64,000 nt of DNA from Leucoraja erinacea (taxonomy: Eukaryota). The notes under the pieces are model-generated. The model did not search any database, was not told the DNA's origin, and was given only the letters and a program-made list of their open reading frames with translations. The stretch lies in contig NC_073379.1 in assembly GCF_028641065.1 (NCBI RefSeq), positions 36,084,001 to 36,148,000 on the forward strand, read 5' to 3'. Numbering within the stretch: position 1 is the first letter of the stretch; each line of letters opens with the position of its first letter. Made by a program: the position numbers and the translations under genes. Of the stretch, positions 48,268 to 57,450 are shown in pieces.

Positions 48268-50198
48268 ACATGGAGGTAGGTGGGTCTGGTTCCTGTCAAC
48301 ATACAATAACCAAGGGTGTTTTACTAACAGGAGGGCGTTTACGATTATTTAAACATGTTTGGTGTACTATCACTAACAACCAATACATACTCAACAGTAT
48401 TAGTGGATACAAAATTGAATTTAAAACAGGCATAATACCGCCGGTTCAGCATATACCCCAAAGGGTATTCCTTCCCACTAAACTAGAGAAGGAGAAAGGA
48501 CAGGCTGAACTAGATAGGCTCATGTCTAAAGGAGTCATTGAAAGGACCAGACATGAGCCATTGGAATTTGTATCAAATATATTTATTAAAACCAAAAAAG
48601 ATGGTGGATGTCGCATCATCATTGACCTAACATCACTAAATCAATCTGTTGAGTATCAACATTTCAAAATGGAGACATTTGTCACTGCCAGACAACTGAT
48701 CTCCAAGGGATACTTCATGGCAAGCATAGACATTAAAGATGCTTACTATTTAGTACCCATTCACAAGGATCATTTTAGATACCTGAAATTTATCTGGATG
48801 GGGCAACTATGGCAATATAGAGCACTGCCCAATGGGTTAACAACAGCTCCCAGATTATTTACCAAAATTCTTAAAGTAGCCATGAAAATATTGAGAGAAC
48901 AAAAATACCTAGTCATGGCTTATCTGGACGATATTCTCATAATGGGGAGAACCAAGGAACTAGCTGTCGCAGCAGTTTCAGCTACTAAACAACTCCTTGA
49001 AACGTTGGGATTTGTTCTACATCCAGATAAATCGAAATTGAAGCCGTCAACTAATATGGACTATCTAGGCTTCACCATCGATTCTACCCACATGACTGTT
49101 ACTCTGCCAAGGGATAAAAAGGTTGCATTAGCGCAAGCATGCAACAATTTAATCGCAAATACACAACCAAGGATCCGGCATGTTGCCAGAGTCATTGGGA
49201 GTATTGTAGCAGCATTTCCAGCTGCACAATATGGACCCTTGCATTACCAAAATTTACAAAGAGCAAGGACACATGCATTACACCAAAATAGGGGGCATTA
49301 TGACCGAACAATGTATTTACCCACTGAGGCCATATCAGAACTTCAGTGGTGGTCAGAAAATATTTGGCACAGTTACAGTCCCATTGCCATCACTAATCCT
49401 AACATAGTCATCACGACTGATGCCAGTGCTTTAGGCTGGGGAGCTACTAACTCTATATCCAGCACAGGTGGCAGATGGACTAATCTCGAGACATCGCTAC
49501 TACACTCACTAGGCATAAATTATTTGGAAATGCTGGCCGCCTTTTATGGGCTAAAAGCATATTCATCCAATATGCAGCACGTGCATGTTAGGTTAATGAT
49601 TGACAACACAACGGTGGTGGCCTACATCAAGCACATGGGTGGCATAAAATCAGTATCATGCGACAAATTGGCTAATATAATCTGGCAATGGTGTGTCGAG
49701 AGACATATTTGGCTATCAGCTGCCTATCTACCAGGTAAGCTAAACACAGTGGCAGACACCAGGTCACGAAAATTCAATGATAACATCGAATGGATGTTAC
49801 ATCCAAAAATATTTGCAAAAATTACTAAGCAATATGGAACACCAGATATAGATTTGTTCGCGTCTAGATTGAATCACCAGTTACCCATGTATGTGGCTTG
49901 GGAACCAGACCCAGAGGCAGCAGCGGTAGATGCCTTCACGCTGGATTGGGGAAATTTCTTCTTCTATGCTTTCCCTCCCTTCTGCCTCATCAGCCGGGTA
50001 CTCCAGAAAATACGGTCAGACTCTGCTTCAGGTATTTTGGTCGTACCCGACTGGCCTACCCAACCATGGTTCCCAGTCTTTCACGACATGGTGGTAGAGT
50101 CACCTATGGTCTTTAACAGTCATCCACAGCTATTGACTCACCCAGTATCCGGCATAAGTCATCCATGCCATAAAAAAATTAAAACTCCTGGTTTGTAG
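48264..50198 (+). CDS. pol: DIRS ORF2: reverse transcriptase, RNase H, methyltransferase-like domain
   Basis: RIIIDL, SIDIKDAY, LPNGL..APRLFTK, YLDD, YLG; TDAS..GWG, LEM, IDNTT, NTVAD; DLFAS...YAFPPF...PDWPTQPWF. Confidence 0.95.
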   Translation: MNMEVGGSGSCQHTITKGVLLTGGRLRLFKHVWCTITNNQYILNSISGYKIEFKTGIIPPVQHIPQRVFLPTKLEKEKGQAELDRLMSKGVIERTRHEPLEFVSNIFIKTKKDGGCRIIIDLTSLNQSVEYQHFKMETFVTARQLISKGYFMASIDIKDAYYLVPIHKDHFRYLKFIWMGQLWQYRALPNGLTTAPRLFTKILKVAMKILREQKYLVMAYLDDILIMGRTKELAVAAVSATKQLLETLGFVLHPDKSKLKPSTNMDYLGFTIDSTHMTVTLPRDKKVALAQACNNLIANTQPRIRHVARVIGSIVAAFPAAQYGPLHYQNLQRARTHALHQNRGHYDRTMYLPTEAISELQWWSENIWHSYSPIAITNPNIVITTDASALGWGATNSISSTGGRWTNLETSLLHSLGINYLEMLAAFYGLKAYSSNMQHVHVRLMIDNTTVVAYIKHMGGIKSVSCDKLANIIWQWCVERHIWLSAAYLPGKLNTVADTRSRKFNDNIEWMLHPKIFAKITKQYGTPDIDLFASRLNHQLPMYVAWEPDPEAAAVDAFTLDWGNFFFYAFPPFCLISRVLQKIRSDSASGILVVPDWPTQPWFPVFHDMVVESPMVFNSHPQLLTHPVSGISHPCHKKIKTPGL

Positions 50199-51176
50199 GT
50201 TTTAACCAGGCCTTACCAGGAACTGGGTTTATCAGAAAGAACAATCACCACCATGTCGGCATCCCTGCGAGACTCTACCAAGAAGCAGTACCTGACATAC
50301 ATCAAGAAATGGGAGCAGTACTGCTTGGATGCAGGGACGTCGTATAAGAAAGCCACAATCACGGACGTGTTGGAGTTCCTGGCCCATTTACACCATGACC
50401 AGAAGATGAGCTACAGTGCCGTCAACGCAGCACGAAGTGCCCTGTCCGCTTATCTTATGCCAACAGGACACCATAGCATCGGGTCCCACCCGCTAGTCAT
50501 AAAACTCCTCAAGGGGATTTACAATATCAAACCCCCTACACCCAGGTATACCCATGTATGGGATATAAGTGTCGTGCTATCACACCTCAGAGGATGGCCA
50601 CCGGTGGGATCCCTCAGTCTAGAGCAATCCACGCTCAAGACCCTCATGCTAATGGCGCTCGTCTCTGCACAAAGGGTCCAGTCACTACATCAACTACGAC
50701 TGGACAACATGGTAACTACCCCAGACTGCATCACATTTACTATGCCGGGGTTAGTTAAACAAACCAGGCCAGGTATGTCCAACTCGCCATTAATCTTCCG
50801 GGCCTACCCTCCAGAACCTAGGCTCTGTGTAGTGACCCATTTATACAACTATGTAGACACAACCCATACACTTAGAGGGAGTGAAAAAGCCTTATGGGTC
50901 AGCCACAAGAAGCCTTTTGGACGGGTAACCAGCCAAACTATATCCAGGTGGTTAAAACAGGTCCTGAAAGCTGCAGGGATTAACACTGATGTTTTTAAAT
51001 CCCATTCTATCAGGGCAGCATCCACATCAGCTGCGGAACGGATGGATGTTCCCATCGACCACATCCTAAGCACAGCAGGATGGTCAAGGGAATCAACGTT
51101 CCGGATATTTTATCATAAACCGCTGATGCAGAAAGACTTGTTTGCAGAGAAAATTTTAGAAACTGCAAACTTATAA
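50199..51176 (+). CDS. DIRS ORF3: tyrosine recombinase (first ATG 50253; conserved frame begins 50199)
   Basis: Catalytic set SAQRV (R), VKQ (K), HSIR (HxxR), AGW, FRIFY (Y); N-terminal GLS...ST.KQY..W segment. Confidence 0.93.
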   Translation, partial: VLTRPYQELGLSERTITTMSASLRDSTKKQYLTYIKKWEQYCLDAGTSYKKATITDVLEFLAHLHHDQKMSYSAVNAARSALSAYLMPTGHHSIGSHPLVIKLLKGIYNIKPPTPRYTHVWDISVVLSHLRGWPPVGSLSLEQSTLKTLMLMALVSAQRVQSLHQLRLDNMVTTPDCITFTMPGLVKQTRPGMSNSPLIFRAYPPEPRLCVVTHLYNYVDTTHTLRGSEKALWVSHKKPFGRVTSQTISRWLKQVLKAAGINTDVFKSHSIRAASTSAAERMDVPIDHILSTAGWSRESTFRIFYHKPLMQKDLFAEKILETANL

Positions 51177-51211
51177 TTTTAAGCCCAAGGGAGCTATTTT
51201 TGTTATTGTTT

Positions 51212-51217
51212 AATAAA
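51212..51217 (+). promoter_or_regulatory. Candidate polyadenylation signal of DIRS subgenomic RNAs
   Basis: AATAAA 36 nt after the YR stop, followed by T/GT-rich sequence. Confidence 0.4.
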
Positions 51218-51336
51218 CATTTTTGTTTTCAAAAAACAAACAGATTCGTTGGTCTTTAGATACCACTTCCTCCCTCGATAACTTCGGCAGCGAGTGATAT
51301 AGCTGTTACACGGTTTGAAATCACAGATCTTTGAAG

Positions 51337-51449
51337 TCTTCACGTAGTCACTCACGTGACTCCGAAGTAAAATAGAGAGATTAAATGAGTACTTACCAGT
51401 ACGAAGTTTGATCTGTATTTTATGAGGAGTTACGATGAGGGATTACGTG
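51337..51449. repeat. Internal complementary region (ICR) of DIRS element
   Basis: 51337-51373 is the exact reverse complement of 46869-46905; 51371-51449 is the exact reverse complement of 51596-51674. Confidence 0.96.
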
Positions 51450-53779
51450 CCCTCCGCTCCCACCCTCAGTATATGGATCAAACTCGAGCTGATGTCTCTT
51501 TAATCTTTACTATCTTTACTTCATATATTGTGTCTACCTGTGATTCCACACCGCTGCTTGGAAGTATGCCGCGCCTGCGCACTGGGTGGGTTCTTCACGT
51601 AATCCCTCATCGTAACTCCTCATAAAATACAGATCAAACTTCGTACTGGTAAGTACTCATTTAATCTCTCTATTAATTGCTGTTGAAGTTGTTGAACTTA
51701 AGATGTCTGCGGTCTAAATGTGTTCCCAAGCTCTGCGTTATTTGAATAAGATGGGAACTTTTATTAAAATGCCAGTCAAGATTCATCCATTCATTCGTTT
51801 AGCTTGGGCAACCTTATAGCTTCACTATGTTACAAATTTAGAGACAAGAAGGGTCACCACATGACATGATTTCATCACACAAAATGAATCAGAAATTGCC
51901 GCTCACATAAAATAAGTACCACATGCAGATCTCCTGTGTGATATACACAAAATGCTGGAGTAACTCAGTGGGGCCGGCAGCATCTCTGGAGAGAAGGAAT
52001 GGGTGATGTTTCGGATTGCGACTCTTCTTCAGACCTGTATCTTTCTCCTGTGTGAAATGGCTCAACACATGGAAATGATGTGCTCCATTAAAAATAATTC
52101 TTCTTTAGCATTTAATTTTCATTTACAAATAGTGGAAACATTTGTAATTTTAAAATATTGTGGAGATGCATTCCCTGCATGCAATACCGACATTTCCGGA
52201 CTATCACTAATTACCCCTGTATTGAGTAGGCTACTTCACTATGTGGTTAAGAGTCAAGCCTTTTGCCCTGTATCTGGAATCATACATGAGGCGACTCAAA
52301 TGTGGATCTCAAGGATACAATTCAACCAGGTGGGACTTCTACAATATTTCATGGCCAATGTAACTGATATGAGCTGACTTACACAGTCACTGTAGCGGGA
52401 TTTCATGTCATGCTTCCATATTTATAGCCCATGACTCGATTATTACTGATGATAGAACCTCTGTGTAGCCATACACTTAAGTCCACTTTATGAACATCAC
52501 ACCATCGAATTCTACTCCCAGCTCTCTGTATTTTTTACTTTATTTCAGTGTTAGCAGTGAAATATTTACTGGAAATGTGCATGGGGGTTGTGAGGGGTGT
52601 GGGTGGGTAGGTTATCTGAAGCCCAAGGAAATGAAAGTCCGGTTTAATTTAACAGTTAAAGTGACAGAGCACCCAATGTTATTCAAAGTAAACAAAGTCC
52701 TGGAATTCAAAGGAATTGATATTGTGAGAGACCCACACAACATGATATTGAAGTATAAAAGGCAGTACATCTGATAGAGAAAGGTCTAAAAACAGATAAG
52801 CAAAGGCACGCTGTCCATTTGTCCCACACAAAGCACAGGATGGTCTTGTTCAGCAAAGTTGTGCAGAAGCTGTTGGGAAGAAATGACACTGTACTATTGG
52901 GACAAGGAGCTAGATGCAGAATGAGACAATTAATGAGGACATTATTTCATCAAAACAAAACTCATTGCAATTATGGAAGTATGTGCACTGGTAGATAGAC
53001 AAATTCAGTCAACGATGTTGAACACCATATTTGACAGTCAAAATAGTTTATAAATTAACATATTGATAATAAAATGCATTCAAGCAGTTTTGAAAAAAGC
53101 TAGTCTCTTGCCTAGGAATCATGTGAAAGTCCATGGCTTTGAGACTGAAACATGCTGGTGAGATCAGTGCAAACATGTGGTCGTCGCATCACTCACTACA
53201 GCCTTGTCAGTTGTGTTTTGTCAAGTGCTTCATTTGGCAAAAGAAAGATCCGAAAGACAGTCTGCTGAACAAAGGCTGAGAAAGCAACACATGCAGATTC
53301 AAAGATCACACAGGCAATGTTGATCTGCGATTGTGCACTACCACGGCAGCAAGCAGTAACTGAAGCAAACAGCTTTTCGAGAAGTGTTGATTAATAACTA
53401 TTTCATTGAAAGATGAATTAATACTTCCACTATTTAGCACCAGCAAACTGAAACCTACACCAGGGTAAATGGAGAGAATAATACAACAAAACAGAAAGCA
53501 AGCAGACCAACCTATGGAAATTACCCAATTTGAATGTGAAGGACTTAACGCTAAATTGGCTTGTTTTGAGCACTAAAGATCAGGAGTCAGGCGTCTATAG
53601 TCATTGATGTTTAATTGTTCTATATACCAACTATAGAACAATGACATTTTTACTTGTAGCAGCACAGCAGGCCTGTATAACCAATACACCTAGAATCCAA
53701 GATAATAATGTAAACAAAGTTCAATACATTAATAACCCCATTAACCCCTAATGCAAAAAATGTATTTCTGAAGTAATAT

Positions 53780-54850
53780 AGACACCGTCTATGGCTTTGC
53801 CCTCATCAACCTTTTAGTTCCTCAAAAATCTCATTCAGATTATTGAGACCCAATCTCCCACGTGCAAAACTGTGCTGGCTATACCTAATCACTCCCTGCC
53901 TATCCAAATGTAAATATATCTTATCCCTCAGTATATTCTTCAGTTACTTCAAACCGCAAACGTTAGGCTCACTGGTCTATAGTTCCCAAGCTTTTCCTTG
54001 CAACCCTTCTTAAATAAAGGCACAACATTGATCACCCTACATTCTTCTTGCACCTTCAACTTATCCACTTTCAATCATCTTAAAATCTTCAGCACATCTT
54101 TGACTGTATATATTGACTCTCCTACTTGGCAGATGGGACTCGTCAGCCTGGGAAGGCAGTCCATCTAGGAGAGGGAAAACTTTGATTTAAAACCTCCACT
54201 GCCTTGTGGCCAAATCCAGTCATGGAAAAGGCTCCAGGAGTAAACCTCAAGAAAATCTGGAGTCGGAGCCCCTAAGGCAGTTCATCGTTGTCTACAACCT
54301 CTCTCTCTGGCAGATCCTGCGATGGCGCTGGTGCCAAACTGTAACGGCCCTGCTGTTCCTTTGGATCGATCATTGAAGTAGAGAGGGACGACGTGCTGCA
54401 TGGCAACAGCCTGCCCTCCATATGACATTGCCCAGGCTGGCATCCGACAAACTAGAATGCTTCACCCATGGTTAGTCATGACCGAGAGGGGCCTTCTATT
54501 ACTACTACTTAATATATTGACTCTGCTCAAGACACTTCCATTAACTGTCCTAACTTCCCCAGTCTTCACATCTTTCTCCACAGTAAACACATAGGAGAAA
54601 TACTATTATAGACCTTGCACATCTCCTTTGGCTCCACACAGAGATGTCTGCCTCGATTTTGAAATGTCCCCCCCCCCCCCCCCCCCCCCACCCCCACACC
54701 CCCTCTCTAGTCTCTCCTCTAGTCGCCCTTTCATTTTATGTATTTATGTACATCAAATCTCTTTGGATTTCCCTTAATATTATCTGCCACATCTATCTCC
54801 TGCTCACTTTTTGCCCTTCTGATTTCCTTTTATATCACTAACCACGTTAC
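53780..54850 (-). mobile_element. Old CR1 remnant
   Basis: GGCTCACTGGTCTATAGTTCCC = minus-strand GNYRPVSL; otherwise decayed; boundaries approximate. Confidence 0.55.
54121..54511 (+). mobile_element. 391-bp non-autonomous retroposon, RTE-like, 13-bp TSD
   Basis: ATATATTGACTCT at 54108-54120 and 54512-54524; (ACT)n tail; GGCAGTCCATCTAGGAGAGGGAAAACT resembles RTE 5'UTR. Confidence 0.7.
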
Positions 54851-54859
54851 AATATTTGT

Positions 54860-57450
54860 CTGTCGAGTTAGCAGGCTCAAAGTTATTCACAAAATTGGAT
54901 CATTCACTCAATTTAATATTGACAAAGATACCTGGCCATCAACATGCACAAAAGGCACTACTCAGACACAAGGCTGGTCTCTCGAGTCAAGGCTACATTG
55001 TGTACAATTTTGCAAGGAGTACATCATTTGTTCTCAACCCAAGGTGATTTATTGGTTGCCATGGTCTCAAGAAGGAAAAAAAGTTTGACTTCAAAGAAAC
55101 TCTTCAGAATTACTTGACTGCAAATGTGAAATTGAAGCAAATCAAATGCATTTTATTTTACAAAGAGAAGTAAACCTTGGTTTGAAGGTTGTTTCCAATG
55201 GCCTGCAGTTAGTGGGAAATGGTAGAGCATATCAACAATGCATCAGAGCACAAAATCCTGTCACGCCTTGGATTGTTCCTCAGGATGGTATTACATTCTT
55301 TTTGTGTGAACATTTGATGGTGTTGACACCACTTCATCACTTTTTTGAAATAGGATGCGTAATAGGCATGGAGCAGGAACAGAAAAGTGGATGTGACGAG
55401 TGTAAGAAAAGACTAACACGCGAAGCTCTCCCTGTTCATTGCAATATTATGTACGTTGAAATTGGTAGGTGATGCATCAAGCTATGGTGTTGTTCCCATG
55501 CAAAGCCATGTGATCTATCATGGGCACAAGACACCGATTGCCTTCACTTCCAACACTCTCAAGCAGCACTTAAAATAATGTTTTAAATCAATAAATTCCA
55601 TTATGTTTTGGTGGACATGTACTGTACCAATCTATTTCATAAAATTTGTGAACAGACTGCATATATATCTTATCTCCTCTATTCTACAGTGGACGGTGGA
55701 CAGTCCTTTTGCATGAGTAAAAAATCAGAGTACACTATTTGTGATTATAGATCCTAAATCAGCAATACTTAACCAGGTGCATTTTGTATTAAAAGTGGAC
55801 AATCCTTCCGATGTTATACAATTATACCATCAGTTGGAAGAATTCCAAACCAAGTGTCCTTGCTGGAGCACTGTTGCAGTTACAGGAAGGTTGTAAGTGA
55901 GAATAGGATTGACACGTAAATCCACTCACAGAATTTTCCAGTGACTACTTCTGAAATCCTTAAAGACCCATTGTTAAAAAGGCTCTGAATAGATGGTGAA
56001 AAGATGGACTGAATTTGACCAGTGTACTGACAAGGAACTGAAACCACTTAAGGATACGTGTGTCAAGTGACACAAAAGAGCAGTAATGCCTGCTGCTTTG
56101 AGAAAAAAAGTATTTTGTTAAGCTTTGCACCAAACAAACAGGAATAGTTGGAATAAAATTAATTGTAAGGTTCTTGGTTCTAGGTTCTTGGGTCCTCCAA
56201 AATATTCCAACTGGAATTTAAACTGGAGGTGGTGAAGGGAGGGATTAAGCCAGAAAGGGTATAAAGAACACACACTATAGAATTTAACATAAAACATCCC
56301 CACACAGCAGAATCAAAGTTTCCCACTGTGTGGGAAGGCACCAAAGTCAGTCTCTTCCTCCACTGTTCCTCGTGGTCAGGGCCTCACCAAGCCCTCCGCA
56401 GTTGCAGCTACGGGCGGCCCGATGTCCAGGACCGCTCGCCGGGGTGATACAAGTCCGACATCGGGGCTGCGGGATGTCCTCAGCGGCGTGGACACCAGAG
56501 TCGGCCCCCTCCTACCGCAGTCGCCGGCTTCCAAAGTCCACAGGCCGCGCCGGGTAGAAACTGCTGCTGTAGGCCCTCTGCAAGGCGCCCCAGGACTCCA
56601 CGATGTTGTTCAGCGCCTCCCGCATTGGAAGCTCTCCGCACCAGAGCTCCACGATGTTGGAGCAGCGGCCCAATGCTCCGGAGCTCCAAACGGCGACCCA
56701 GGTAGGCATCGCCTGCTCCGCAGTGACTCCAGCGCTGCGCCGCCGCTGTAGCAGCCCTGGTCCGGTTCCCGCTTCCCGACAGGAAAGGCCACTCCGATCC
56801 AGCTGGTAGGCCGCGAGGTGGGGGGCGAGGACGCGACTCGGAGAAATAGTCGCGTCCCTGCCAGGAAGAGACTGGGAAACGGTTTCCCCCTTACCCTGCC
56901 CCCCTCCCCATAGAAAAGTTAAAGTTTCCCCCAACACAACACTTACTAAAAATAAAAAAAAATAAAAGGCGCTTTGTTTATCTACCTATATTTGGCCAGT
57001 AGCCTGGAATAATTGGAAAGCAAATCCAATATGTAACAAAGCTGTAAGAACAAGTCATTAAAACAACTTTGCAGTCATGCTCATTGCCTACGAGTCCTTC
57101 AATGAGACCATGACTATTTGATCTTTAGTCACTCAAAGCGGATTGAAGTGAAATGAGACTGCTATATACTGTGGAATAGAGGAGATAAAATATATATGCG
57201 GTCTGTTCACAAATTTTGTGAAATAGATTGGCACAGTACATGTTCTCACCATTTCATATAGTCTGGCTTCAAATGGAGAAGTTGAACAATCAGTCAATGT
57301 AGTTAAAAGTGCTCATGACACAAATGCTTCAGGGATGTTGAAAATCCAGCATGAAGCATTGCTTGGCTGATTTCTTGCAGCAGTGGAGCCACTTCTCACA
57401 GGACCACAGTGTGTCTAACTGTAGAGTTGATAAAGTGTAATTGAGCCTAA
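54860..57450 (+). mobile_element. Highly decayed Gypsy pol remnant
   Basis: LAGSKLFTKLD (RT), DASSYG...PIAF (RNase H, ~55471-55560), ASNGEVE (integrase, ~57266); no LTRs recognised. Confidence 0.5.
56275..56970 (-). mobile_element. GC-rich retroposon, close relative of 23335-24201
   Basis: Colinear, high-identity match to ~23455-24150 (e.g. ACATAAAACATCCCCACACAGCAGAATCAAAGTTTCCCACTGTG). Confidence 0.85.

Larger units (their letters stand above)
46869..51674 (+). mobile_element. Full-length DIRS1-type tyrosine-recombinase retrotransposon (4806 bp)
   Basis: gag, RT/RNaseH/MT and YR ORFs; 36-bp perfect ITR 46896-46931 / 51566-51601; ICR 51337-51449 complementary to both ends; ATT at both termini. 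Confidence 0.96.

Noticed and set aside
50196-50201. Pol-YR fusion by TAG read-through
   Set aside because: Context TAG-GTT is not a typical leaky one and the in-frame arrangement probably results from the extra A near 50181.
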